DNA of 62,829 nucleotides, counting the filler, from Basidiobolus ranarum (Eukaryota): the NCBI GenBank assembly GCA_040143965.1. It is 19 parts of 19 records of this genome, joined end to end, with 100 filler letters (N's around TTAATTAATTAA, not from the genome) between each part and the next. Parts side by side here need not be neighbours in the genome. Positions count along the whole stretch, not along the records: positions 49,720 to 52,923 come from JASJQH010009528.1; positions 53,024 to 56,225 come from JASJQH010009529.1; positions 56,326 to 59,527 come from JASJQH010009530.1; positions 59,628 to 62,829 come from JASJQH010009531.1; 15 more parts are not named here. One strand, written 5' to 3'. The position numbers were made by a program, and so were the translations under genes. The number at the start of each line of letters is the position of its first letter. Position 1 is the first letter of the stretch. The notes below the pieces were generated by a model. It did not search any database. It was not told the origin of the DNA and saw only the letters and a program-made list of their open reading frames with translations. Below, one piece after another: positions 49,720 to 62,829 of this stretch.

Positions 49720-52700
49720 TTCAAATTAATGCCAGAAATTTCCTTATCAATGTATGGTTGGTAGTTAGATGCATATCATGGTTGGAACATGTCCAGATAT
49801 TGAATATACTGTGGGAGTTATGTGCCAATATCTTAAAAATTATGGATCTGATCAAATGATAGCAGTTAAGTGGATTTTCAGATATTTGAAAGGTACTATG
49901 GATCTATGCTTAGAATACACATACTTTGGATCAGGTTTTGATCTGATGGGATATTTAGATACATATTAGGGAAGAGATATAGAAGACAGAAGATCTACAA
50001 CAGGATACCAATTTCTTTGCTGTAATGGGGCTATTTCTTGGAACTCAAAGAAACAACCTGCCATAGCACTTTCAACAACAGAAGCTGAATATATGGCTGC
50101 CTGTGAGGCAACAAAAGAAGCAATATGGTTAAGATAACTCTCAACTGATTTGAGTTATTCTCCATTATTTGAGTTATTCTCCATTATTTGCAATTGGCAT
50201 TTACTTAGAATATTTTTACCAACTCATAAGTTCTCAGATATATAGATTTTTCAAACTTGAGCTAGAAGCTCCAACTTTGCACACATATTCCTGGGACCTT
50301 CCTTAACACATTCTACAAATTAGGTTGTTTACATCTTGACAAAACCTTAAATGTAACTTTCTACTCAATAAATCAATAAGTGAAAGCCACTAATTCCTCT
50401 AATTCTCCATACCACTGCCAACAGGCTCCCAAATACTTTACCAAATTCATTGCAATTTCTGATCCAATTTGATCTCCTGGTTTAGGAAGAAGATACTACA
50501 ATTTCTGGCAGTGTTTTGAGAACTTCAGTTGGCTGAATCTTGGTTGCAGGGTCCCCAGGAATGCTATTCTCTTCATCAATTTGGTTTGAATTAATTTGAA
50601 TGGTAGGATCAGAGTGAGATTGATATTTGTTATTATGGGTGAATATTTGCATCTTCATCAGACTGAAAATCCCCAGATACAATTAACTTAAAAATTTCAG
50701 TATCGTAGAGTCTATAGGCCTCAATTTGAGTACAATAACCCAAAAATATTTATTTCTAATTTTTAGATCTAATTTAGACCACATTTGGTCATACTTTTGT
50801 CATAGACAATGCACCCAAAGATTCTCAAATGTTTTACATCAGATTTACCTCAATCATGCTGGATATAGTGTAGAGTTAGACAGACATTAAGTAAAACTCC
50901 TATTCCTCAGATATATAGCTGTAGCAGCAGATTCTGCCCAAAAGTTAGAGATATTTCTTATCCAATTACCAAAGATCTTGCCACTTCTCTTATAATACTG
51001 TAGGCTCTTTTTGGCAACTCCATTTTGACAACATTCCCACTTGACTAATTACTTTGAATTTCTGTTAAACTAAACTTATATCTAAATAATTCAGATTGGG
51101 CTTAAGCTATAGATTTGGTTAAGATGTCCACATTCATATCTTTAGTAGAGCAATAGACAAGTTCAATTGCTTCATTCTCTATAGTCTCTCTAATGAAGTG
51201 ATGCTTGATATCTACATGCTTTATATGCAAATCAAGGTCATGGATGGCTGAGAGTGCCTGGATTGATCCAATCAAGCTAAGCTTAGCTAGTGGAGCAAAT
51301 GTTTCATTAAAATCAACTCCTGGTGGCTGGGAATAACCTTTTGCAACTATTCTTGCTTTGTACATTTTGATGGTTCCATCAGCTTAGTTTTTAACTCTAT
51401 AGACCCATTTGCAACCTATTGGCTTCCTCCCTGATGGTGGGGGACTTAAAACCCATATTTTATTGTCCTGAAGTGAAGGAAACTCATCAAACATTGCTTT
51501 TTCCCATATTTTTAATTCTGGACACTCCAGAGCTTGCACCAGAGTCTGTGGCTTGTCACAGAATACTATATAAGCATATACATCATCATTGGAAGTGTTC
51601 CACCAGTTCCATAGTTTTATTTCTCCTTTAGAGGAACTTCAAGGCCCTGCATCATCTTCTCATGCACTTTGACCAGGAGTTTTGGTAGGGTTGAGCTCAG
51701 ATGCGCCTAGAATTTTGTCAGACACTTTCTGAATAGCGCTCCATGTGTCTTCTGGAGCAAAAATGGTGATTTAATCTCTCCATAGCCTGAGAAGAGCCAT
51801 TTGAGATGTTTTCCGTATATCAAACCTTCTCACAGATCAAATTTAGTGATTGTTTCAATTTCTAAGCCTGAAACAAGTGGATTTTGGATCATTTAGGTTA
51901 GTTCTTGTTCCCCAATGTAGCCTCATCTTCTCTGCTACTTTTTACAGCTTACTTTACCTGTTTGGGCCAAGTTTGAATGCTTAGAATGCACTTTGTTGAT
52001 ATTCTAGATTATCTGAGCTTTGAGTTTTGATCCTAGTAGCTAATTTGGTAACTTTTGGATCTGTAATAGTGCATCCTGCCTTGATGAGCACAAAGTTGAA
52101 AGTGTTTACGTGATTGGCAAGTGTCTTGTATATGATTGGGATTTGTGAATTATACACTTAAGTTTTATTGAAATATAATATGTCCTACTTATAGTTGACT
52201 ATGAAATAGGACTATTGGACATGCTTAGATCATAACAAGCATGCCTGTTAAGCATGGGTGAAAATTTGAGGTGATTTGGAGAAGTTTTGAGAAAATTGTG
52301 AAAATTGGTAAAAGAGATCTAATTGGTATTTCTATCAATTAGAGCAACAAACACACATTTTTGAATGACAGAATTGAGTGCCAAATAATCAGAGTATGAA
52401 TAAATTAACTACTAAATAATGAGTTGCTGTTTATCTAATTTCAACATTTCTACTCTTCTAATTATTTTGCATTTCTCTTAAACCTAACTTTTATTTATAT
52501 AATTCAAATTGTGCTTTAGCTAAAGCTTTGGTTAACATGTCAGCAAACATTTCTTCAGTAGGGTAATAGACAAGTTCAATTATAGCATTCTCTATTGCTT
52601 CTCTAACAAAATGATGCCTAATATATATATGGTTTATTTTGGCATGAATTGTTGGGATTTTAGCTAATGAAATGCAACTTTGATTGTCTTCAAATATCAG

Positions 52701-52923
52701 TAATAGCACATTTTTGCATGTATCCTAAGTGTGTAAATAACTTCCTTAACCACATAGCTTCTTATGCAGTAGCAGAGGCAGCCATATAATCTCCTTCTGT
52801 AATGGAAAGTGGTATGGTTGGTTGCTTCTTACTATTCCAGGTTATGGCTCCATTACCATAGAGAAAAGTGTACCCAGTTGTTGATCTTCTATCATAAAGG
52901 TTTCTTCCCAAGTCTGCATCATG
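49720..52923. mobile_element. Mosaic of copia fragments (RT/RH +, LTR-A, integrase -, RT/RH -, LTR-B about 52100-52446 -, RNase H -)
   Basis: Copia motifs and LTR matches throughout, with abrupt internal junctions. Confidence 0.88.
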
Positions 52924-53024
52924 NNNNNNNNNNNNNNNNNNNNNNNNNNNNNNNNNNNNNNNNNNNNTTAATTAATTAANNNNNNNNNNNNNNNNNNNNN
53001 NNNNNNNNNNNNNNNNNNNNNNNC

Positions 53025-56000
53025 ACAAGTGACTCTCAAATACCAACTGGCGAAAGTACAACTTCCACTAGTGCCACACCATCATCCACTACTGCGACCG
53101 ATTCTCAAGTGCCTACCGAGTCTACCAGTGAAGAAAGTATATCTGGCACTAGTAACTCTTTTACCACTGGCTCCGTAACATCCACTAGTACAAATGACTC
53201 ACAAGTGCCAACGGAGTCTACGAACGAGGATAGTACTACACTCGCTACTACCTCCGACTCCATAAGCTCTACAACATCTACTATTCCTAGCGAGTCTCAA
53301 ATACCAACCGAATCTTCTAATGATGAGAGCACAACTCCTACTAGTAATACTGGTTCTAGTGACTCGCCTACATCCACTACCGCAACCGATTCTCAAATAT
53401 CAACAGAGGAAAGTATAACTCTCTCTAGTAACACTGATTCTACTGGCTCTGCAACAACAACCACTACAAGTGAGTCTCAACTACCTACTGATTCAACCAG
53501 TGTGGAAAGTATATCCATCACTAGCAGCTCTTTCGCTTCTGGCTCTACAATGCCCACAAGTACAAGTGACTCCCATATATCAACTGAGTCTACCAGCCAG
53601 GAGAATACAACTCTCACTGGTACCTCCGACTCCTTAGGCTCGACAACATCCACTACTTCCGGTGAATCTCAAATTCCAACCGAGCCAACAGGCGAGGAAA
53701 GCACTGACTTTCCGACAAGTACAAGTGACTCCCATATGTCAACTGAGTCTACCAGCCAGGAGAATACAACTCTCACTGGTACCTCTGGCTCAACAACATC
53801 CACTACCTCCGGTGAATCTCAGATTCCGACCGAATCAACAGGCGAGGAGAGCACTGACTTTCCGACATCCACTGTCGCAAGTGATTCCCAAATATCAACC
53901 GCATCCACCAGTGAGGAAACTACAGTTGTTACTAGCAACTCCGACAACACAAGCTCTACAACATCTACAACCGAAAGTCATTCACAAACACCAACTGAGT
54001 CACTCAGTGATGAAAGCACAATCCATACTAGTAACAGTGATCCTACGGAGTCTGCAATAACGACTGCAACAAGTACTTCTCAAATACCAACTGAATCCAC
54101 AAGCGAGGAAAATCCAACTCTCACTAGTACCTCCGACTCCATAAGCTCTACAACATCTACTATTCCTAGCGAGTCTCAAATGCCAACTGAGTCTTCTACC
54201 GACTCCACAACAACGATCACTACAAGTGACTCTCAACTACCAACCGGGTCTACGAGTGAGGAAGGCACAACCCATACTAGTAACTCTGACTCCACGGGTT
54301 CCACAATATCAACTACTTCTAGTGAGTCACAAAAGCCAACTGAGTCTACCAGCGACGAAGCCATAACTTCTTCTAGTGACACTAATCCTACTGTCTCACT
54401 AACATCCACCACCACAAGTGACTCTCAAATACCAACTGCTGAAAGTACAACTTCCACTAGCCATACCCATTCTACTGATACACCAATCTTCACTACTACG
54501 ACTGATTCTCAAATGCCTACTGCATCCACCAGCCAGGAAAGTGCATCTCTACCAGGCAACACCGAATCGACAACAGCCACCAATACAAGTGATTCTCAAA
54601 TGCCTACCGAGTCTACCAGTGAAGAAAGTATATCTGGCACCAGTAACTCTTTTACCACTAGCTCCGTAACATCCACTAGTACAAATGACTCACAAACGCC
54701 AACCGAGTCGACAAACGAGGAAAGCACAACTTTTACTAGTGCTTCTGACTCCATAGGTTCGACAATATCAACTTTCTCTAGTAGTGAAGGTACGCCTTCC
54801 ACTAGTAACATTAACTCTAGTGGCTCGCTAACATTCACTACAAGCGATTCTCCACTACCAACCGGGTCTACGAGTGAGGAAAGTACAGCTCATACAAATA
54901 ACTCCAACTCCACGGGTGCCACAATATCGATGACTTCTAGTGAGTCACAAAAGCCAACTGAGTCAACCAGCGACGAAACTACAACTCCTTCTAGCGACAC
55001 TAATCCTACCGTCTTACCACCATTCACCACCATAAGTGATTCTCAACTAACAACCGGAGAAAGTACAACTTCCACTAGTAATGCACCAACATTCACTACG
55101 GCGACTGATTCTCAAATGCCTACCGCATCCACCAGCCAGGAAAGTGCATCTCTACCAAGCAACACCGAATCGACAACAGCCACCAATACAAGTGATTCTC
55201 AAATACCTACCGAGTCTACCAGTGAAGAAAGTATATCTAGCACTAGTAACTCTTTTGCCACTGGCTCCGTAACATCCACTAGCACAAATGACTCACAAAT
55301 GCCAACTGAGTCTACGAACGAGGATAGCACAACTCTGACTAGTAACACCACCACCACAGGCTCTATTTCGGAAAGTCATACTCAAATGCCTACTGGGTCT
55401 ACCAGCGAGGAGGTTACTATCCACACCAGTCATGGTGATGCGACAGAATCTGAGCAAACGACTGACACAAGTGCTTCTCAAATACCCACCGAGTCTATGA
55501 GCGAGGAAATTCCAACTCTCACTAGCACCTCCGATCCTATAAGCTCTTCAACAATCATTACTACAAGTTTGTCTCAAATTCCAACTGCGTCAACCGGTGA
55601 TGACAGCGTAATTCCTACTACCAACAAGCCTACCACAGGCTCCGCAACAACTACATCTGAAAATGATTCTCAAATGCCGACTAAATCTACCTGCGAGGAA
55701 AATCCAACTCTCACTAGTACCTCCGACTCCATAAGCTCTACAACATCTACTATTCCTAGCGAGTCTCAAATGCCAACTGAGTCTTCTACCGACTCCACAA
55801 CAACGATCACTACAAGTGATTCTCAACTACCAACCGGGTCTACGAGTGAGGAAGGCACAACTCATACTAGTAACTCTGACTCCACGGGTTCCACAATATC
55901 AACTACTTCTAGTGAGTCACAAAAGCCAACTGAGTCTACCAGCGACGAAGCCATAACTTCTTCTAGTGACACTAATCCTACTGTCTCACTAACATCCACC

Positions 56001-56225
56001 ACCACAAGTGACTCTCAAATACCAACTGCTGAAAGTACAACTTCCACTAGCCATACCCATTCTACTGATACACCAATCTTCACTACTACGACTGATTCTC
56101 AAATGCCTACTGCATCCACCAGCCAGGAAAGTGCATCTCTACCAGGCAACACCGAATCGACAACAGCCACCAATACAAGTGATGGTGAAATACCTACCGA
56201 GTCTACCAGTGAAGAAAGTATATCT
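53025..56225 (+). CDS. Large Ser/Thr-rich mucin/adhesin-like repeat protein (internal part, open across the whole contig)
   Basis: More than 1060 stop-free codons with roughly 30-aa repeats anchored on SDSQ(I/M)PTESTSEE. Confidence 0.8.
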
Positions 56226-56325
56226 NNNNNNNNNNNNNNNNNNNNNNNNNNNNNNNNNNNNNNNNNNNNTTAATTAATTAANNNNNNNNNNNNNNNNNNN
56301 NNNNNNNNNNNNNNNNNNNNNNNNN

Positions 56326-58908
56326 AGCCATTTTGGAAATTGATGGTCTTGATGGTGTTTTGGTTGAACTTTGCTCAACTATTGATTTACTATATAATTG
56401 GGGGATTACAATCTCTTCACTTGCACTATCACTGGAAAGGAACACACGTGGTAAATTGAATAATGCTTCATCATTTCTTGAGTTAGTTTCCAGCATGTTA
56501 AGGCTTTCCAAAGTGGATAGTGGATTGCTAAACTGCTCATCAATTAAGTCCTCTGTTCTTGCTAGTTTTTTTCCTTTTGTGACTGCAGGCTTTGGCTTGC
56601 AAGCTGATTTTGACTTAGATTTTGAATGGTTTTTGAATGGCATTGAAATTATCAGATGGTAAACTTGGTGTAATGAAATTGCTTAGAAACAGCTTATAAT
56701 AAACCAAAATTGCCATCCATTACCGGAAATTTATTGTAAGTCCCCTGATGACTCATCTGTGACACCATTGCAGAATCAGTTGATGATATTGATGGGCTAT
56801 ACCTAAAATACCACCCTTATGTGGGAGGTGCTCTTTTTTCTACAATATCCTTCTCATGCCACAACACAAACGTTTAAAGAAGCCCTGCTATTATTGTTGC
56901 AAATTCTTGTGCTATGAAAGCTGGAGGCTTCATAGAAAAAATAATCACAAGCATGGTCACTGTACAAAGCCTGGTGTATAACAACAGTAATAAGTGTACT
57001 AAATTGACTTTAGTTTTGCCCATTGAGTCTACTGACTGTAGTTTGCCTCAAAGTTTTGGTAACACTGCCAAAAGTCAAGATATCATGGAGTTACCACAGT
57101 TATATGACCAGAATGATGTAGGTCAAAATGCAAATTTGGTCAAACCAGTAAGTCTAGACAACTTTTGGGACTTGCAGCTAGATGTTGACCTTGGCAATTC
57201 CAGTACCAATGGTAGTATATAAGAAGTTGAAGAAGAAGATGAAGGTTTTGTTACTGACTCTCTATTATTGGCAAACATTAGTCCACTTATAACACTTACA
57301 GTAAAGGAAGCAGCTTTGTTTATTGAGGAGTGGAGAGTTCAATGCAATCTTAGCAACCAGATGTTTATTGGTTTTCTTGCACTTTTACCACAGCTGATTG
57401 GCAAATATTGATTACCACAAACCTGGAACAAGTGGAAAAGACTTGTTAATTGTATGACTTATAATCCTTCAGTAATTAAATTGCCTTCATGTCCAAATGG
57501 TTGTTTGGCTTTCACTGGTGATCTGAAAAACCTGAAGTCATGTACTGTTTGCACACAATTGGCAATCACAGAATCAGGTAAATATTGTTCATATTTGGCT
57601 TACTTACCATTGATTCCCCATCTTAAAGTTTTGACGAAATCACCCAAATATAGATCATTGATCCAATACCAAAGTACTCACCGTCAAGCTGATGGTATTA
57701 CCAATATACTTGATGGATATCATTACCAGAATATGAAAAGTCAAGGTTTCTTTGAGAACATATATGAGCATGCATTTGCATTGGCTCTGGATGGTTTGTC
57801 ACTAAACCAATATACTGTTGGAAAGGCTTGCTAGCCAATAATTTTAATTAACTTGAATCTTCCTATTTCTGAAAAGTGTAAGAGTCATAACACTATGATA
57901 CTATCCATCATATCTGGACCTAAATCACCAGTGCTTATAGATAGCGTCTTGGAGCCTTTGATTGTGGAATTGGAATGGGTATCTAATGGGGTTCAGATGG
58001 GTGAATATTTTATTCAAGCTAATATCATTGTATGTATTGGTGACACTCCTGCCATCAGTCAACTTGGAGGTTTTTGTGGGCACAATGTGACATCTTGCTG
58101 GAGATTTTGTCAAATCAATGGAGTTTACTCTAACAGGCATACACATTAATACTATCCAAGCACAACACTAAACTTCATAATTTTACCAACAAGAGCCCTG
58201 TCAGATTTCAACACAATCATAGATATCAATTCACCAAATAGGCAGTCTTACATCAAACTTGGTATTAGCCATAAGCCTAAGATTATATTGCTAAAGGGGA
58301 TCAGCTGGAGCCAGAGTTTCTCATGAGGCACTATGCACTTACTATTCAACAACATTCCAATACTACTTACTCAGCTATATAGTGAAATATTCAATATGAA
58401 TGAGCCATTTGAGATAGGATCAAAGTTTGAATCAATTGGGAAAATGCTTGAAGACATCAAGATTCCATCATATTTTACTAGGACTCCATCAGTATGCACT
58501 CATCTAGGCGTTTATTTAAATGCAAAGACTGGAAGTATTGAATTTGTATATATTCAAGTGGAATTTTGAAATGATTTCTGCCAGATAAGTATTGGCAACA
58601 TTGGGAGTTGTTTGTCAATATTGTTAATATATTCTTATGGCATCAACTCGCATTGGCAGATCTCAGGCAGATCCAGCAACTGTGCAAAGATTTTGTAATT
58701 GGATATGAAAAACTTTATTACAGGTTTAAAGAAGATAGACTGACTCTATGCGGGTATTCAATACATTCCCTGCTGCATCTTTCACAATGCTTAGAGGTTA
58801 TAGGCCCTTGCTACAAATTCTGAGAGTTCCCAATGGAGCACACCTGTGGTGAAATGATGCTACATGTGAAATTGTCAGTGTTCCCATATGCAAATCTGAT
58901 TAACAATG
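56326..58908. mobile_element. CMC transposon copy: ORF-A start 56643(-), transposase start 56856(+)
   Basis: The ATGs are head-to-head, 212 bp apart. Tnp2-like motifs run through FPMEHTCG. Confidence 0.9.
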
Positions 58909-59527
58909 CCCTAACAAAAATAAAATCGATTTGAACCGGATTGGATCCACCCTCCTAAATAGCAAAACTGTCAGAGAACTGTCACAATATTGTTGGCTTG
59001 CATTCTGCCAGGGATTTTGATGATGTGACAGCAGTTTCTGATATTATCTTAATGGTATTCATATATGTTAAAACATTGATACTCAAATTTGGTATGCCTT
59101 ATTCAATATCCAGCAATTTTTGAAAAAATAAAATTTTTGAAAGGCAAATTACTGGGTTTACTGCTTTAGGAATTTGAATTAGTATGCATACCATTATTTA
59201 GATATTTTAGGCTTTGTATTCCAGCCATAATGAGAATCAAAAAATACAAGAATCTTGCAGTGTTTAGTCTCTACATATGCACATATTTGACTGATTAGAC
59301 ATAACTCAATAACATCAATATGCTTTACCAGCAAACTAACGGTGTAAAAATTGCTAAACATCTGAAACTTTGAATAGCACCAACACTTGGCAAAAAGCTG
59401 ACTCTTGTTACTGTTCACAATAAGAATAAGCTTTCCTAAAAGTACCATCAGATTATCACACAAGCAAATTAGTATGATTATAAAGGTACTTACTCTGTGT
59501 CTGTGGATTGGGCTTTGTTGCTGTTAT
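58909..59527 (-). mobile_element. Right end of another CMC copy inserted in the transposase
   Basis: Starts CCCTAACAAAAATAAAATCGAT. Confidence 0.9.
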
Positions 59528-59639
59528 NNNNNNNNNNNNNNNNNNNNNNNNNNNNNNNNNNNNNNNNNNNNTTAATTAATTAANNNNNNNNNNNNNNNNN
59601 NNNNNNNNNNNNNNNNNNNNNNNNNNNCATAGCATACAA

Positions 59640-59712
59640 GGACTGGTAGCTCAGTGGTTAGAGCACCTTGCTAGAGTGAAGGAGGCCCCAGGTTCAAATC
59701 CTGGCCAGACCA
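59640..59712 (+). tRNA. tRNA-like sequence (pseudo-tRNA) within an LTR (59628-59738, ends TTTCAATA)
   Basis: Cloverleaf with A box TAGCTCAGTGG and B box GGTTCAAATCC. It has a 3:70 mismatch and an imperfect anticodon stem, so its identity cannot be assigned. Confidence 0.6.
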
Positions 59713-59738
59713 ATATTTCTCCCTAAATAATTTCAATA

Positions 59739-62556
59739 CTTTAGAATATATTAATGATATCCACAAACAACTCCCAATGTTGCCAATACTTATCAGGCTG
59801 AAATTGCTTCAAGATTCCACTTGAATAAACATAAATTCAATACTTCTAGTCTTTGCATTTGAATATATGACTAGTTGAGTGGAAATTGATGGGAGTCCTG
59901 GTAAAATATGATGGTAGCTTGATGTTTTCAAGTATTTTCCCAATCAATTCAAACTTTGATCCTATCTCAAATGGCTCATTTGTATTGAATTTCCACTATA
60001 TAGCTGATTAAGTATTGTTGGAATATTGTTGAATAGTAAGTGCATAGTGCCTAATGGGAAGCTCTGGCTCCAGCCAATCCCCTTTGGCAATATAATCTTA
60101 GGCTTACAGCTAATACCATGTTGGATGTTTGACTGACTATTTGCTGAATTGCTATCAGTGATCAACTTCTGATATACTGCCACTGGTATTGGAATAACCA
60201 AGGTCAACATCTAGCAGCAAGACCTCAAATTTGTCTAGATGTACTGGCTTAACTAAAGTTGCACTTCCACCTACATCATTCTGGTCATATAACTGTGGTA
60301 ACTCCATGGTAACTTGACTTATGGCAGTGTTACCCAAACTTTGAGACAAATTACAGTCAGTGGACTCAATGGGAAGACTAAAGTTGATTTTGCATACTTA
60401 TTACTGTTGATATTTGTCAGGCTTTGTGCAGCTGATGGCTTAGTACAGTGACCATGCTTGTGATTATTTTTTCTATGAAGCCTCTGGCTTTCATAGCACA
60501 AGAATTTGTGACAATAATAGCAGGGCTTCTTCAAATGTTTGTGTTGAGGCATGAGAAGGATATTGTAAAAAAAAGAACACCTCCTACATAAGGGTGGTAT
60601 TATAGGTTTAGCCCATGAATATCATCAGCTGATTATGAGATGGTGTCACAGATTAATCATCAGGGGAATTACAAGATATTTCGAACATTGGACAGCAATT
60701 TTGGTTTATTATAAGCTGTTTCTGAGCAATTTCATCACATCAAGTTTACCATCTGAAAATTTTAATTCCATTCAAAAAGTGTTCAAAACTAATTCAAATT
60801 GGCTTCCAAACCAAAGCCTGCTGGCACAAAAGGAAATAAACTAGCAAGAACAGAGGACTTAACTGATGAGCAGTCTAGCAATCCACCATCCACTTTGGAG
60901 GCCATTAACATGCTGGAAACTAACTCAAGGAATGATGAAGTATTCATCAATTTGCCAGATGTGTCTTTCCAGCAATAGTGCAAGTAAAGAGATTGTGATA
61001 CAACAATTATGGAGTAAATCGATAGTTGAGCAAAGTTCAACCAAAACACTGGCAAGAACATCAACTACCAAAATGGATACTTAGCCCAATATTGAACAAC
61101 CCTCCATAGAAAACTTGGATAGAATTACTACAAGGGAGTTGCAGGCAGAACACCATTATGATTTGTATTCAATCATAAGTAAGAACTACAAAGTTGCTAT
61201 ACAGGCTATGACAAGCAATAATGCTGCAATATCACAATTAATGCAGCACTTGGAAGCCGCTAGTCAACAGTTACAGAGTCACTCAACAATGATAGAAGAC
61301 ATTCAGAATACTGTACTTAGCTACAGCAACATGTTGCTCCCTTTGTCCATTCTCATATGGCATTCTAATCAATCCCACACCATACATATGATTGACACCA
61401 TGACAATCTAGCGGAGCAGAATATGTGCTGGACCATCAAGCCTACTTAATGACCCAAAATTGCTTTGGCACATGAGAGTAGAAATCTTACAGGAAAACCA
61501 GCAAACCAAAAAACTTTGAATGTCAGAAGTGGCCATCATTTGCTCTCATGACGAGTGGTTTAATACCTTGGAAACTGTTTGGAATCTTCACCAAAATCAC
61601 TTGGTTTGTGCCGATTGTGGAAAAACCAAGAACCAGGTCTAATTTTGAAGGTTCTTGACTTATTCCATGTGGCTTGTCCTGGGTTTTGGTAGGCAAATGG
61701 GACCTGGACTAGTTTAAGCCTTTGCATGAAACAACTCAAAACTGGGTTTTTTGCAAACAAATGGCAATTGGGCTAGAATAGGCCTATTTATCAAACATCT
61801 CAAAAATGTACACCATTAACAACTTGAATGAGAAAGATATGCAGCAGAAGAAGTAATCAAGGAGCCAGAAGTTAGTAAACCCAAGGGAAAAGTAAAGGAG
61901 CCAGCGAGTTTAGGCCCTACTGCCCCACTTACCCAATTCTTCACACCATTACAAAGATCTGCATTTCCAGAGTTGAATATACTGGCAAAAGAGCTTAATT
62001 TCACCATGGAGCCCAGTTAACCAGTTGGAAAAGTGCTGAATTTGAAAGTTATCCAACACCTGCCACCTCTCAACAAGCCAAAACACCAGCAAATAAAACT
62101 CATGGCTCTCCAACCTCAACTGGTACTTATCAAAGTGTCAAAATTGTCCTCAAATTTAAAGGTAAGCAAGAAGCCACACAGACACTGCAAAGCACCCTTA
62201 GTGGTGTCACACTACAAGTACTTACAATAATAGTAAAAGTGCTTAGGAGTGTTTTCAAAAGTATGAAGGGAAAAATGCAGTGCCATTATGCAGAAAGTGG
62301 CTTCACAAGAGTATTCAACTGGACATTCAGTCTGGTGTTGACCATGCAGAAGTCTAGGAAGGACTTAATACAGAGTGGCACAATATATCAGGATATCCCC
62401 CAGATAGCTGGAAGAATGTTGATTCAGCAACGTTAATACATTGGAGGGCTTTGATGAAGATATTGATACAAACTGGTGTTGGAAAAGAGCTAAACCTTGG
62501 GTATGAGGAACTCTATAAAAATATTCAGGAGAATATGCAAAGAGACTAGGGATATC
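59739..62556. mobile_element. CMC copy: internally deleted transposase (-, start 60552) and nearly complete decayed ORF-A (+, about 60766-62556)
   Basis: MPQHKHLKKPCYYCHKFLC...; ORF-A segments are collinear with other copies. Confidence 0.88.
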
Positions 62557-62829
62557 TGTTGAAATTAGGTAAATAGCAACTCATTATTTAGTAGTTAGTT
62601 TATTCATATTCTGATTATTTAGTACTGAATTCTGTCATTCAAAAATGTGTGTTTATTGCTCTAATTGATAGAAATATCAATTAGATCACTTTTACCAATT
62701 TTCACTATTTTCTCAAATCTTCTCCAAATCACCTCAAATTTTCACCCATGCTTAACAGGCATGTTTGTTATGATCTAAGCACGTCCAATAGTCCTATTTC
62801 ATAGTAAACTATAAATAGGACATATTCAA
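62557..62829 (+). mobile_element. Copia LTR family B inserted near the end of ORF-A
   Basis: Starts TGTTGAAATTAGGTAAATAGC; matches 15270-15579, 27390-27722, 36280-36389 and 52100-52446. Confidence 0.9.

Noticed and set aside
53199-56277. Alternative-frame and antisense ORFs in the mucin-like gene
   Set aside because: They are by-products of repetitive Ser/Thr codons.
59640-59712. Functional tRNA-Ser(AGA) or amber suppressor (CTA)
   Set aside because: It has no long variable arm, has 31:39 and 3:70 mismatches, and CTA is not at positions 34-36. It is embedded in an LTR-like repeat.

Overview
This window is not one locus. It holds 19 unrelated contigs of about 3.2 kb, sorted by decreasing length and joined by 100-nt N44-TTAATTAATTAA-N44 spacers. 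The source is an intron-rich, early-diverging fungus (Zoopagomycota/Mucoromycota-like), inferred from fungal-type genes, a Top3-beta orthologue and a U12 AT-AC intron. Host genes are nudE, TOP3B (truncated against the interior of an LTR), complex I ESSS/NDUFB11, NAT9, mitochondrial Hsp78/ClpB, Pbp1/ataxin-2, a Myb-repeat C-terminus, a secreted-protein N-terminus and a large Ser/Thr mucin-like repeat ORF. Most of the remainder is nested, CpG-decayed transposons: three copia LTR families, several gypsy remnants and many copies of a roughly 5.2-kb two-gene head-to-head CMC/CACTA-type DNA transposon with CCCTAACA termini. The best leads are (1) an apparently obligatory single-nucleotide exon in Hsp78; (2) a minor-spliceosome AT-AC intron in Pbp1; (3) a roughly 280-bp LTR carrying a complete tRNA-like gene (Helenus/Cassandra-like Pol III LTR); (4) the CMC transposon with an unrecognised accessory ORF of about 600 aa; and (5) an LTR loaded with heat-shock elements.
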